Of a stretch of 64,000 bases of DNA, positions 1 through 13,703 are shown piece after piece (position 1 is the stretch's first letter; the number at the start of each line of letters is the position of its first letter). The position numbers were made by a program, and so were the translations under genes. Source of the stretch: Marsupella aquatica. Its lineage: Eukaryota > Plantae > Marchantiophyta. A model generated the notes under the pieces. The model did not search any database. It was not told the origin of the DNA and saw only the letters and a program-made list of their open reading frames with translations. The stretch is taken from contig OZ316891.1 in the NCBI GenBank assembly GCA_973895155.1, forward strand, positions 26,839,972-26,903,971. Direction: 5' to 3'.

Positions 1-3000
1 AGCCTCCTACTGTTTCCCCCCTAACAAGGACCGGGTGTTTGAATACAATTTGTTTGTCGTGTTGTAGCATACCATGTTTGCCTTCGATCTAACTGAAAGA
101 AACCAGGCCATAGATACTCAATTAGGAAGCCCTATCTCAGACAGAAGGCCCTATCTCAACTTGCCAAAACTCAAACACAAGGTCCATGGCTCCCTATTTG
201 TTAAATTGCCCCCCGGGTGCACTATTTGAATTCAAGGTCTGGGCCTTCTTTCTGGCCAAAGACTAGGAACAAGCTCCATCTATTTAGGAGATTTAATCCC
301 ATGAAATTAGGAGCATTTGGGTGGTGAGCACATGGATATAACTAAGATGTATACTAAATTGTGCATCTGTAGATACATCTTGGAAGATTGGTGAAAGTGT
401 TGTGTAGCATTAATTTGCCCCGTGGCTCATGGTGAATAAAGCTTGTGGGCTTTGCCCTTTTCTAACAATTCAACCAGAAAGACAATTTCAGAGAAGGAAG
501 AGCTTGGGAATGAACCAAGATTATGCAATGCCATTGATAATATTTCTGCTTACAATATGTGGTCTGTCCACGTTAACAATTAGACTACGATAGGCAAAAA
601 CACTATAATAATTTCTAGTCTGATTGCCCAATCTTTGAGTAAGAATAGAGGGAAGGGCATTCAAGTCCCTTGCCCGTTGTTGATTCACGTCTAATTGGTT
701 GCCAGTGACTCCTCACATGCTACGCCATCCTCAGAGATCCACCTTGACCCCAATCCCCTTTTTCCACCCCTACCTCCAATTTAGGTTGTGCTCCAAAGTC
801 ATGGCCTATATGTTTCACTATAGATTGTAGGCTATAGTAAGTTCAGGTAGCAATTAAAAGGTTAGGTTTGCCAATCTACACTTGTCTGTTGTTTTATTTG
901 GGTTGGTGCAGTATGCTGCCTTTCTAACGCCACTTGCAGGGAGAGCAAGGATCATCATAAAGTCTCACAATCCTAAGGTAAGCCCTAATATCCATGGACC
1001 GTGTAGGTTGAGCAGTAAAAAATAATTATCTACATGTTTGAACTCCTCTGTTGATCATGGAAGGACAAAATTGCAAGTTGTATTGTCTTTCTTTCTTTCT
1101 AAAGTAGGAGAATGACAAATCCATGGGATAGAGTGCCCATGAAATTAAGATTATCAAGGGTTTGGTTTTGTATCCCAAAATATAGAAATATTTTCCGCTG
1201 GGACTGAGATTGTTACCATGATTAAATGTGCAGGATGACTTGATACTACTGCGAATTAGAACTAGAACAAATGAAATAATTATAACATCAGATAAAGATT
1301 TCTATTTAATTGTTGCTCAGAAAACAAGCTTTCTGGAGTTATTTTGACCTGCTTTTCAAAAAGACTCCTGTATATTGATAGTGGTCATTTTCAAACGGGG
1401 CTTGTGAATATTAGATTGTGTTTTGATCACTTTGTAAGTTTACCACCAAAGACATAGTTTATCAAAACCTCATTTCACTATGAAGATTTTGAGAGCATAA
1501 AGAACTGCACTATTGCAGGAGAGTGAGATTTTGCAGAAGTATATGCTTAATAGACCCCAAAACAACAGTTTCTTGCTATCAACCCCCAAAGTCCATTTGT
1601 TACCCAATCAACCTCCTATGATAGTTTTGTTACCAAATCCACCCCTATGATAGTTTATGGTGAAATGTTCTTGTATGGGGCATTAGACTGTAGACTATCA
1701 ATAATGGCACATGAGAATGTGAGCCTAATTCATGGCATAATAGTGTATTGCAATTGTAGTTTACCTAAAGCTGTCCATGGGTGCAAGCGACTAGACAAAC
1801 CGCCAACCACATGGTTTCGGGCCAACCGAGACCCTAACTACCGAGAATTTCAAAAATGATGTAAAGATAGTATGTGTCATGTCTTCAAAGGGTATATATT
1901 GTAATGGAGGTTATTGGGAGGTTGAGTGTCTTTTGGTCAACTTTTGCATGCTATTTGGGTGGCACTGTAATGTTGTCAGGTACACTTAGGGATATTCTCT
2001 TACCCAACCAGGGATTTTCTTAGTTGCAAAAGTTTGCCAAACCTTCATCAGAATCTATCGCCGTTTGTTAAAATTTTGGCAGTTTTTTTGGGACTAATCT
2101 ACCAGCTTCCCACGAAACCAAGGATCCACTAGCCGCAATCTGACAAGCTAGACGGGATTGCAGGTATTCGGGCTCCACATGGACATTGCTGGCTGTACCA
2201 GCCTTTCTGTAGTGGCAAAAATTAAGTAGATTCCACCTCTCTAAAAAGTCTGGATCACTTTTGGCAGAATTTAGTAAGTTAATTTGCTTAGGTTTCTGTC
2301 ATCCATTAGATAGTTTCACTCCTAGATGCTACAGTCTAATGGTCATTTTTAAATCTTGGGTGATCTCCTTCTCATAAATGAATCAAGTAAACATAGGTAC
2401 GTAATATTGTAAGCAGATTCTTTTTCACACAAGGTTACCTGCAAGGTTACAATTGAGGTGTGTCAAAGATTCATTAGTTTGGTCCTGAAAACCCTATAAA
2501 GAAATGGCTGTAACTTCCTACAAAGGGTTGTAAAAGGTTTTTAAAATTTTGTTTACTTTTTGCGGAAAATATTGGTCTTATGCCATTACTATCAATCACT
2601 CTAGAGACTGATGACAGAAGAAACCAAAAAACCAAATTACAGGAACCTGTGAAAAAGTTATGATCATTTATATCATCTTCCAGAATTTTGAAGTGTTTTG
2701 AGTGGCCCTATTAAGGTTACAACAAATAAAGTTATGGACCACGAATTTATAAGTTATTATTTGGTGGTCCGGGTAACTATACTCAAAATATCATCGCTCC
2801 ATACTCCATACCATGTAAACCTCCTTACTTTATTTAAATCAATGAGTGCACATGTTTACCACATTTTAATATGTAATTACAGTTGGGGATAATTTGGTGG
2901 AATAAGGAATGATTACATGCCATCATCATAACTCACTCGTTAAGGTTATTTTACTTTCGTTCGTGTAACAGTCATGAGTCTTCCTAGAAGTACACAACCG

Positions 3001-3009
3001 TGTTCCCCC

Positions 3010-3195
3010 ATATGGGGTAATGTGGGTGCCGCAGAATTGCTCCATTTTCGATACTGGTCAGTGCAAAAAGACATATGGGGTAATGTGGGTGCCGCAGAAT
3101 TGCTCCATTTTCGATACTGGTCAGAGCAAAAAGACATATGGGGTAATGTGGGTGCCGAGAATTGCTCCATTTTCGATACTGGTCAGAGCAAAAAG
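3010..3195. repeat. 63-bp tandem repeat x3
   Basis: Unit ATATGGGGTAATGTGGGTGCCGCAGAATTGCTCCATTTTCGATACTGGTCAG(T/A)GCAAAAAGAC starts at 3010, 3073, 3136; near-identical copies. Confidence 0.9.
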
Positions 3196-4733
3196 AAACT
3201 CAAGGAAGCATTAAAGTACGTCTCTACCATTCCACCAATGTGTAATAATGATGTCACCACTGACTGCTGCTACTCTCGTCAAGAATCCTCCAAACTTTAA
3301 TGACCACCTCGCAAGCAAACAATCGGTTGGTGTGTTGGCATGTCAGCCAGTTGGTCGAAGAGAAGATGAGAGCGAGCCTTCCATCAATTCCCAATTCACT
3401 CTGCGTTGACGCGGGCAGAAATCTTCAAAGCACAAGCACTGAAGTATGCCTCGACGAATGAGATCTTATTGGTGTCACCACTGACAGCTGCCACTCTCTG
3501 CAGAATTCTCCAAACTTTAACTAATGGCCGCCGCGCTAGCAAACTATCCGCTGGAGATAAGACGAGAGCAGGTCTCTTCATTCACGCGGGCAGAAACCTT
3601 CAAAACAAAGCGAGGGATTACTGACCTTCTTTTAAGGCTTTTACTTTTTCGACAGAGTGGCGAATGTGTCGAGTGTGTGGAGGACCCCTAGATTTGATAG
3701 TTAGATTCTTGCTAATGGGGTCTCTGATTAGGTGGGGGCACTGACTAAAAAACACTAGCGAATTTTGGCCAAAAGTGGCCAAAGCTTTTTGGGGAGGTGG
3801 AATTTTGGAGAACGCCACTAAAAAAACGCTGGTCCCAGCCCACTATGGAATGGGAGTGGCTGTGGCGGCTACTGCTACTGCGAAGCAGGCTGACACACAG
3901 CAGCATCAGCAACACCAACTTACTCTCCCAAAGACGGAAGGGGTGGGTCTGTATTGATGGGAGGGACCGAGGAGAAGGTGGCACACTCTTGGAAAGAAGA
4001 CCGTTCCGTAGTCTCCTTAAATCTAGGGACAATGTGAATGTCGTGAATAGGAAATTGGCATGCGGAATATTCTCAGTCCTGCAGGAGAGTATCATAAAGC
4101 TGTCACGAGGGCAAAGTTCAGGCTCCCTCCTTCTATTCCGCGTGCCACATCCGTAAAGTAATTTCACCTCCCCACCACCACGGACGCGAGCTAAGCTAAG
4201 CTAGCCTCCACGCTACCCACCTCTTGTAAGATAATTGAAACGTTATTAGTGGCTGCAGCTGCTCAGTTTTGGATTTATCATTTAATTGCTCCCTCTCCGC
4301 GTTCCCCACCACCGCGTCCCACTTGAGCCTGGAGATGCTGTTCTGTAGTGACTGGGGCTGTTTGTGGTACCGGGCTCATCAATTAGGGGAACAAAGGAAA
4401 TGTACAATATTTGATTGATTCGTGACGAGTCATCGTTGGCCATCACTTAATCAAGTAAAATTATACAGTATCCGATTCGTGACGAGGCATCGTTGGCATC
4501 AATCAATCAGGTTGTTCTGGAGTGGTAATGATTTTCCCAGTGATTCTCAGCGGGTCGAGAACTGGAAAGAAGAGGCACCGGAACTAATAGGTGTCCACAA
4601 CTATTATTGGTTTGAAACCACTGGAGCTAAATTGAAGCTCGGCAAACTTAGATTGGCTTGCAAGTTCAAAGTAGCTACCGTAAATTGAAGCTCGGCTGAG
4701 TATCAACGACACAGTTGTCCCCTAAAACCCTAC

Positions 4734-4819
4734 TGCGGTGGCATGAATCACCGCGATAGCTTGCAGGTGTTCTGCTTGCGGTGGCATGAATCACCGCGAT
4801 AGCTTGCAGGTGTTCTGCT
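4734..4819. repeat. 43-bp perfect tandem duplication, each unit containing a GCGGTG-N8-CACCGC hairpin
   Basis: TGCGGTGGCATGAATCACCGCGATAGCTTGCAGGTGTTCTGCT at 4734-4776 and 4777-4819. Confidence 0.85.
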
Positions 4820-5597
4820 CCCATTGCTCGAGATTTTGAAGTGACTCAAACATACCCTCAAAGATCACTTTATAATCCCACGAATTTACCACCCAGGAAT
4901 TTACTACCGAGTAATGCGTTTTTCTAGCTTCCGTGGACAATATAGCTTTCATAGCCCACACACGGCCGGGCCAGCCCGACAAGTCTCTCGGAAGGTTACC
5001 TCCCAGCCGGGTTGCAGCTGCTGCTCCCGAGCTGCCACACGCCGACCACACTTTTCGCTGACTTCATTTGCTTCAGTCGTCCATAACGCTTGGCATACCA
5101 TGTGAGCTTTACCCCGTAGTGCCTATTAAACTGTTGTCTTGCTCCAGCCATCTTCTTAGTTGTGTTCTTCATGACTCTGTTTCTTCTTCCCTTCGAGTCT
5201 CCTCCAATCTTCGCTCTTCAAAGAAGCCGATTGATTGTGCTTGACATAGAACAACATTTGGGCAGAAGCCATTATGCGGCTGATGGAATTATATCTTCTC
5301 ACGTAGCGGCGTGGTTTTGACTGTTTTAGTGCAGGCTGGGATTGGTTTCACTTCACAGGGCAGGTTCATGTGTGCATGGGACGCTCGGATCGTCAACTTC
5401 TCTTCGACAATTTCTCGTTAGAAACAAGTAATAGTTGGCCTTGCTGAGAGTTGTGGCCAGCTACTAAGTAGTTGTGCTGCTCTATGTTCGGCTGAGCCCA
5501 AGGGGACTGGAGTTTCGGTTGGATTAGCGGATTGGGAATCAGCGACACATCAAGCAGGCCAGGAGTGACTGCTGGTGGAAGACGAGCTGTGGCAGTC

Positions 5598-7109
5598 ATG
5601 GGGCGTCACAGACAGACCGTGTCCATTTTTATTATTGTGCTTCTGGCATGCCAAATATGGTCCGGTGCATCATATAGTAATCAACAGACGAAATGGGTCA
5701 CGAAACATATGTCACAGTTCGAGGGATCCCGAGTAGTTAGCCGACCTGATAGGCACTTGGTGGAGTCGAGGACGACGACAGGTAAAAGTGGGTACAGGGC
5801 GGCTCTCGTTGACGAGGATCACAAGTTGCACACGCGATACAATCTCAGCCCAATGGAGAGGATTCGCCGGGCAGCCGAGAGGTCGATGTCCCGGGCAATA
5901 GGCCTGGATTTCAAGGCAAGGGCGGCACCATATTACAGTAGTGGCAAGGCCGAGAACACAGGACGTAAGGCTCTTCAAGTCGTTGGGACCTCACTGGAGG
6001 CCCCCGTTCAGGCCACTCCAGGATCATATTCCATGGCATTCTCGCTCGGGACTCCCCCACAGCATTTCATCGCCATAGCTGACACGGGCAGCGACCTCGT
6101 GTGGATACAGTGTGCCTCGTGCACTCTCTGCTTCCCTCAGTTGTCCCCTCTCTTCCAACCCGCCAACTCATCGACTTACACCTCTCTCAGCTGCTCCCGG
6201 GCTTGCAACGTACTGGGCAACTTCCTCAGCCAGTGCTCTCCCAATTGCAAATACGCGTATGGGTATGGTGATCAGAGTACCACACAAGGGGATTTTTCTG
6301 CGGACACTGTCAGCCTCGGGGACTTCAATGGAACGGGCACGACTCGCATTCCGGACTTCAAGTTCGGCTGCGGGCTTCGGAATAACGGGACATTCACGAG
6401 TACTGACGGAATTGTTGGCTTGGCCCGAGGTCCTATCTCGTTCCCATCGCAGATTGCACCATACCTCAAGAACGCCACCAAATTCTCGTACTGCCTTGTA
6501 GATAAGACCGAGACTGGCACAAGCCCGATCATATTCGGAGAGGCTGCTGTGCCGACAAACGTGTCTGCGGTCGTGTACACACCAATGCTATCGCCTTACA
6601 ATGTGTCCGTGGTGCCATATTATTACGTGAAGCTGCAGGGCATTTCAGTTGGCGGCGTGAATTTGTCGATCCCGAGCTCAGAGTTCCAGGTCGATGCCAA
6701 TGGCAACGGCGGGACCATATTCGATTCCGGCACGACGTTCACTGTGTTGTCAAGCGTAGCTTACACTGCCGTGGTGAACGAATTCATGCTACAATTAAGC
6801 TCAAGCTATCCGAGTAAGGATTTGTCTCAGCTCACCGGGTTGAGTGTTTGCTATGACATCACCCTTGCGACTACACTCCAGATCCCTTCAGTTGTATTTC
6901 ACTATGAAAACGCAGATTTCAACTTACCTTTCGACAATATCGTAATCATTTTCACCGATAACTTGTCATCTTCTTACATGTGCTTGGCGCTGCTGGAGTC
7001 GCCAGGCATGAACATTTTTGGAAGCACGCAGCAGCAGAACTTCCAGATCGTTTACGAGGAGGATGCTCTCCAGATTGGATGGCTGCCTCTCGACTGCAAA
7101 ACATTGTAA
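5598..7109 (+). CDS. A1-family (nepenthesin/CDR1-like) secreted aspartic protease, intronless, ~503 aa
   Basis: First in-frame ATG 5598 followed by a hydrophobic signal-like stretch (VSIFIIVLLACQIW); catalytic motifs ADTGSDLVW and IFDSGTTFT; Cys-rich nepenthesin-type insert; C-terminal NIFGSTQQQNF..Y and terminal Cys. Confidence 0.93.
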   Translation: MGRHRQTVSIFIIVLLACQIWSGASYSNQQTKWVTKHMSQFEGSRVVSRPDRHLVESRTTTGKSGYRAALVDEDHKLHTRYNLSPMERIRRAAERSMSRAIGLDFKARAAPYYSSGKAENTGRKALQVVGTSLEAPVQATPGSYSMAFSLGTPPQHFIAIADTGSDLVWIQCASCTLCFPQLSPLFQPANSSTYTSLSCSRACNVLGNFLSQCSPNCKYAYGYGDQSTTQGDFSADTVSLGDFNGTGTTRIPDFKFGCGLRNNGTFTSTDGIVGLARGPISFPSQIAPYLKNATKFSYCLVDKTETGTSPIIFGEAAVPTNVSAVVYTPMLSPYNVSVVPYYYVKLQGISVGGVNLSIPSSEFQVDANGNGGTIFDSGTTFTVLSSVAYTAVVNEFMLQLSSSYPSKDLSQLTGLSVCYDITLATTLQIPSVVFHYENADFNLPFDNIVIIFTDNLSSSYMCLALLESPGMNIFGSTQQQNFQIVYEEDALQIGWLPLDCKTL

Positions 7110-8883
7110 ACTGAAATTTTTTTCAACATAATGCTGAGACGTACATTTCGCTCAAGGTGACATCCAACGGATTCATTAAATAGAAGAGCTTTAGGTTTGT
7201 ACCCTACAATTTTTCATTGCTAGCAGAAATCGGCGACACGACGAGCAGAGTATGTTCATGTACCAAAGGGTCTGATGATCTTCCAGTCAATTTCTATGGA
7301 AACACATTTTCTTTGCCATTTCGCTGGATAGATCATACGACATTATCGAGGCAGGAATTTTATTTTTCTTCCACCCGTCCTCAATTCTAACGCTTTACTG
7401 GAAGCTGAGATTCACGTTTGAGCTCTCATTTGAGATATATATATCGAAAACTCTTTCTGCAATCCTGTGAATGCGTTCAATTCGGGGAGTTGTCTCCCAA
7501 TTTCAGTCATGGATTGCAAATTTGGAAGAAGTGGAAATCTTAGATGTTTCAACACCAGTAGTCTGAAGAGTCAGAGTGAAAGCTGTTGTATCCTTGAATG
7601 AGAGTTCCAATCAACTCTCTATGTGCACGCTCCCGGGAAATAGCCTCCCGTGTGTACTTCAATCATAGAGTTTGCAGTATGTGATCACCCATTTTCAAGC
7701 CTCTTTATCCGAGTGAACATTCCAGTGACTCCCACCCTCATTTGTATATCTCTACATCCCTGGCCACAATGTGATCCCCTACCCCATAAGTGCAATTTTA
7801 CTCTACAGAAATATGACAATGCACTCATCAATTACTGTTAAGTGCATGTTTGAGCTTATTCAAAACAGTTCATGTACACTTATCAAGGGTTTTCATTCAT
7901 ACAGCATACAGCAGTCGTTCCGCGACTGTTTTTTGTGAAGTTTACTTTTATTAAGTGTAAAGAGGCAAAAGTAAAATTCACGAGAAAAGGCAAGAACACA
8001 TTTCTTGCAATTGTGCAGGGTTTGTAATTATGGAGTGTGCACTAGTAGAGAGATGACAGTAACAGATTCCTGTTCTAGATTACCGTAGTGGTGGCACCCG
8101 CAGCTGGACGACAGTGTTGTGACGTCTTGCTCAAGCTTCATTATTGAGTTGCTACGTGCATAATTCAATTCACTCTTGTGACGAGTCTTTTGACTTGAAA
8201 CTCAAGACTGTTGCGTCCATGTGACATCATCCTGGTACGTTTTCACCGTGTCAGGGAAGGTGTATATTATTAATGGTGTACCACTATACCGTTGTGCGTT
8301 TATAACGCTCTATCTGGACTAATCCCCAAAACTCCGAGTCGTTGTGATGGTATCAGACTATCAGAGGAGAGGATACCTTCTAGTGAGAGTATTAAAGTAT
8401 TTCCTTCAGCGTATTTATTATACTGTGGTGGGAGGCTTTAGTCAAATTGCACCGCAGTCAAAAGATTTTAACTAGATCTGGTCAAATATTCGAGTCAATG
8501 CATAAAGGATAGCTTTACAAGAAAATAAGAAAATGGCATCCCTATTTGCCCATCAATAACGGACTGTAAAATATATATTTCGAATACGGGTGATTCAAAC
8601 AAAATAATTGAATTTGTCAGAATATATATTATTTTACATAACACACCATATATTAGCACATTGTGAAATGCAGTTGTTGGGAAGTTATTGGGACGTAGGA
8701 AGATGGGGGCACTTGTGAACCATTTGCACTAGCCAACTAGTTTCAGAAGCAAACTTGAAGGGCCTCTTGTAATCTAAAAAACGTCTCTGCACCAAAATCT
8801 TCTGAAAATAACTTCTATAATTGCAAAATGCCCCCTTGGAGAACATTCATGTCTCCCTTGTAGATTAGTTCCCACACTAGATA

Positions 8884-8982
8884 AAAAAAAAACATTCGTG
8901 TAAGCCGCGTTGGTGTCGCACACACGGTATTCTTTAGTAAAAGGCGAAAGAATAGTTCGCTTTGTGCTCAACACACGACTGC
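8884..8982 (-). ncRNA. U5: U5 snRNA-derived copy, 3'-truncated, probable retropseudogene
   Basis: Minus strand reads GCAGTCGTGTGTTGAGCACAAAGCGAACTATTCTTTCGCCTTTTACTAAAGAATACCGTGTG..., containing the invariant U5 loop I GCCUUUUAC (plus 8937-8945) in its plant-type stem. It ends in a T-run at the Sm-site position with no 3' stem-loop and is flanked by an 18-bp direct repeat TAGTTCCCACACTAGATA (8866-8883, 8983-9000). Confidence 0.88.
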
Positions 8983-11900
8983 TAGTTCCCACACTAGATA
9001 GAAACCATTAGCTCATGACAATTTTTGCGTTACATGATGTCTATCACACTAGTAATTTTTTCCCCTTTTTCTAGAGTTTGGGAGATTCCGTGTGCCTTTT
9101 CATTTACTGGTTGGTGTTTGTCCTACCTCCTTTACTTTCCCTCCATTGTACATTGTTTGGCCCTTTTTGGTCAATTATGATCACCTTTCCCTTCTTGAGT
9201 GAAGGAGCAAAAGTTGGGACCACAGGTGGAGGTGGTCTAAAATTCCAGACAAAATGGGCGCTCCACAGCCCATATTTACATGGGCCCATTGTTTGTCATG
9301 TAGGATTTGCAGGCCATGGGCCCCCAAGTTCTTGTAAAGCCATTGGCAGCAGTTCCCACTCACTGCATTATCTAGATTTAATCATAGGGGGTATGAAAAG
9401 AAGACACTCTGCATGCCCCCTTCTTATAAAGCCACCCTTAGGGCATCACTAGTGGAGTGGGGTCCATTGAGCTTTGTAACAGCTAGTAAGAGCATATGGG
9501 ACTGGTTTTGGAAGGATGGCTATCGAGTGTGGCCCCCTATCCCTAACTAGATGGCAGCCAACCTCTCTTCTCACAACCCTACCTACCATACTTGGGAGAA
9601 ATGCTAGCCAGGAGAGAGGTACCTGTATCATGGCTTGTATTCCCATTTATGTCCGAGATTGTGCCAAATGTCACAAAATCCTGGATATGAGATTTTGAAC
9701 ACATCACTTAGTTTGGAGAGAATAGACGTAAATAAGTGGGAATAGTGGGTGACTGGATGTAATATGGGGGCTTTTCTAATTCCAGGCCTCCAAATGATGG
9801 GAAAATTTTTTGGTTTCAATCTGACTGATCAGCTAAACAACTAGAGATACTCTCAGGGCCCTATCACCCCATGTTACATAAAGGTGTGACTTCAATTGCT
9901 TGTTATGTTCTAGGGGATTACTTGTTGTAGCACGTCACCTGGTAGGGGCCCGGGTAGGGGTGACCCGTTCATGCATGTTAAGGATTGCTCTTAGTCTTGT
10001 GACTCAAAGGTTACGGCACTTAGGCTAACCACAGTTAGGGTCTTAGCTGAGGTTAGGTTTAAAGTCTGTGTGACCTTGTATATACCAAGGCTAGTGTAAG
10101 CCGCTGGTGTGTGGTGCTTACTCATTGTAACGGAGCAACTTGAGGAAGAGGGAGAGCATGTGTGTTCGTCTACTCTTGAAGTAAAGCTTGAGTGTTCGTG
10201 TGGACATAGCCTTAGAGAAGAGGTGAACCACGTAGAGATTGTGTCCGATTACGTGTGCATGGAATGAGTAATGATAGGAGCATATATTGGTGACAAAGTA
10301 ATCAATGACGGGATAGAGCGCCTCTGTAACTTGAAAATTGTCTGGATCGGTCGTTCTTGAAGAACAGAAAAGAAAGGAGAACATAGATGGATTCCGTGTC
10401 ATGACAATTTTCTCAACCTTCTGCTGCCACTAGCTTTTTAAGAAGAAGGAAGAAGTGGACAGGATTCTATGCCGCTAAGCATGCGATCCGATTAACGAAG
10501 GCCCGCTTCAGCGCAATCATCACCTACATCGTCAATACTATCTTGGGAGAAACTAAAAACTAACACACCCAGAGACTACAATTGGGACTCATTGATGCCA
10601 TTTAGAAGGAGTAGGATTCATTGCCTCACTTCATCAAACACAAGCAAATTACTCAAAATTGCGGAACATTACTCAATCAAAACAGATGGGGGTCCACAAA
10701 CTAATTTGGAGAATCAGGATTGAGGCCTACTTCTTCCAAGTTGAGCCTTTTGGCACGAGTAGAGTTTTGTGTAGTATGATCATGGTGTGAGAGTGGAGCT
10801 ATGTTGCTTGGCATATAGATCACATTAGGCAAGGTTTTTCTATCATGTGTGTAAACCTGGAGTCCAGCATGGCTAGCGGATGGGTTTGGTTTGACTTATA
10901 GTACATCAAAATGAGGTTTTGTTCGCATAAGATTTGTTGTGGACTTGTGCTTACAAAACATTTTGTGTGTAATGTGTGTGACATTGCTTTATGTTTTATA
11001 TGTTGTGCAATGATATGAGTTGGGTATGATGTTTGTCTGCACAAAAACCCCTTCATATGTCACATCCGACCCCAATAAAGCACCCAACCGGGAGACACAA
11101 TCACACAAGCATGAAACCCACTAATGGGAGAGCCCCAGGATTATAAAATAAAATAAAATTTATTGAGCAAAAACAAGGGAGAACCCCAGGATGACCAAAG
11201 AGCCAGAAAGCCCAGGAGGCTATACCCCCACACCACCACAAGAATTGAACAACCAAAAATGAAAAGCCTAATACCTTATTGATTACCAAACTGAACAACC
11301 TAGTACAGCTGCCTTTGGTGCAAGGGTTTGGCTTGAACCAAAGCTGCCCTTTAAAAGCTACATGCTATCCATAGCTATCCTTACAAGTAATTTTTTATTG
11401 AAATTACAAAGCAAACTGGCATGGTAGAGAAGAAAAGTGAGTGGAACGTGGAAAATGTGGAGTTTTTGGACATTGCCCCCTATATAGGCCCAGTGGTGGG
11501 TTAAGAGCATCTTCAACCCATAGTTCATATATGTCACCAGATTGACATGGGTCTTAACACCAAAAACTTCACTATTGGGTGCCAAATCATATCTTTGTAT
11601 CTAAGGATCACAAAGGGATGCCGTGGAGGCTGGTAAACACCGTTTCATCCCCTTAACACTAGAATCTTATAGTAGGGCTTTCACACATGGCCCAAGCTCA
11701 ACCCCAAGGAAGAACGGGTTGGGAATCAAGTCTAACTATCATGATCATAGATTTAGTGAGAAGGGATCTCCAAATATATTGGTCCTGTATACATAGGGCC
11801 TAGAGCTATGTTGCGCACATATCTATCGTCGTATTCTTACTACCATAGGTATGTTCTATTCCATCGTCAGAACATACTCATAAACCAATGACTCAGATAG

Positions 11901-12847
11901 ACTGGTTCCCGGCTTAGGTTCTAAGCCATTGACTCACCACTCTACTATTCCACTCCCAACAAGCGGAGCCATGACAGACCCTACCCAACCCACTTCAATA
12001 CACCTGGTATACCTCTCAATGACATTGCTGGTCTCATCATACACTCAGATTACCTCACACACACATACATGAGAGAAAATAATCATTATGAGGTTTGAGA
12101 GGAAAACTCAATTAGATTCAAATATGTGCACAATAGTTCATTGATAACACTCTGTCAAAATAATAGGCCGGAAAGCTATCTACTCTAGATTGCAATGTGC
12201 AAGCTCAATCTTGAACTCAACCTCCTTTGCTACACTTTATTCTTTGCAGCACAAATAGGTGTCAAACCTCCATCTAAGAATCACAAGTTATCGCATACAC
12301 AGTTGACTCAACTCCAAAGCTAACTACGATCTACCCTAGACTGCAATGAGGCCCAGCCTCACACTTGCCCTGCAAGCTTAGCTCTAACCATAAATCCCTT
12401 AGTTAGTGCTCTCTCCCAAACAAAGGTTGGGACTCCCCATGGATCATGTATATAGCCTTGCCAAATTGAATAGGAAATCCTCCTCCTGTTGCACCTCAAT
12501 CAATGTCTTGGCCTCCCTAAATGTGCTCACTGCAAAATTGAATTGAAATACTTCCCACGATTTACAATTACCAATATACCACCCATCACCAAGGCTCTAT
12601 ATTGGGGAAAAGGATCCAATTGTGCTGCCTACTAGAAAGAGTCACAATCCAGCTCGCAAACCTGGAAAACCATTGTTGTGAAGCTTGACTGATTATTCTT
12701 TGAATAATTGCACAACTAAGCTTTCCCCAACACACAGCCCTAAACCATGACTCTGGGGGCAGACTTACCGTGAGGCACAATGGTACTCACCATATATTTA
12801 CCTGCAAAGCTTGGGCGCTCAGTCTGGTGTAATCAATCTGGCCACCA

Positions 12848-13501
12848 TCTTCCCCCAAACACAACACCTGGGCATAATGTTCGAAAGTTGAATATTTTTA
12901 GTCTTGGTAAAAAAAAGTAGTTTTAACTTGAACACAAAGTCATTTTAACACAACGTCTGGGCATTGTGTTCAAATTTTCAGGGTTGTGTTTGAGTTTTTC
13001 CTAATCTTGACAGCATTAAGCACAAAAAGTGCAAGTTCATTAATTACAATCAAAGCATAACAAAGTAAACAAAAAGTCTTTGATAGCCTGCACATCTTGA
13101 CAACAATGCTATGAGCAATTTTGGGAGCAATATTGTCCACACATACTCAATTGAAATGACACTTGACAACTCTGCAAATAGTTACATCCATGTGCGAAAG
13201 CAGTAGAAATCAGAGAGTAATTTTCTAAACCGTTGTTCTATTTTGTCTCACCAAATTTGGCCAGGACTGAAATGGTTTGAAAGCATTAGCCTTTCATTCT
13301 GGCTTACACCCTAAATTCTACGCCTATCATTCCTGCTTACATTCTAAATTCATCACAATGCTTAAATTTGAACACAAGGCCACTATTCAAACACAACACC
13401 ACAAGGTAAAAAAATTCCAAAACATAGTGTCGAAACTCAAACACAATGCCCTGGGCACACTATTCAAATATAGTGCCTGGGCACTGTCTTCGGGGGAAGA
13501 C
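12848..13501. mobile_element. Degenerate non-autonomous TIR element (MITE-like)
   Basis: Ends TCTTCCCCC... and ...GGGGGAAGAC are inverted; subterminal CTGGGCATTGTGTT / TTGTGTTTGAGTTT motifs mirror AAACTCAAACACAATGCCCTGGGCAC; no TSD resolved. Confidence 0.35.
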
Positions 13502-13604
13502 AGTAGTTACCAACTTAAAGCCTTCCCTTCCCCCGAAGACCTTGACCCATTCTCAACCCAAGGCTTTAAGTTGGTAACCCTAGGGTCTATTTGGGTGGCT
13601 TCCC

Positions 13605-13686
13605 ATGCTCTGTTTTGGTACTAACCTCAGGTCCGGGTGAAAACCAGTGTGGACCTGAGGTATCAGACCACCATAACAGAAAGCAT
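13605..13686. repeat. Imperfect ~80-nt hairpin with perfect core ACCTCAGGTCC/GGACCTGAGGT
   Basis: 5' arm ATGCTCTGTTTTGGTACTAACCTCAGGTCC pairs with 3' arm GGACCTGAGGTATCAGACCACCATAACAGAAAGCAT. Confidence 0.65.
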
Positions 13687-13703
13687 TTTAAAAGAGCTTT
13701 AAA

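Noticed and set aside
3010-3195. Repeat arrays (63-bp x3 here; also 94-bp x5 and 51-bp x4) as possible CRISPR arrays
   Set aside because: Units are head-to-tail with no unique spacers, there are no cas genes, and the context is eukaryotic.
5532-5597. N-terminal extension of the aspartic protease ORF
   Set aside because: It starts at a TTG codon; the first ATG (5598) directly precedes the signal peptide.
9050-12800. Possible decayed LTR retrotransposon
   Set aside because: Composition is suggestive, but I could not identify paired LTRs, a PBS or RT/integrase motifs.
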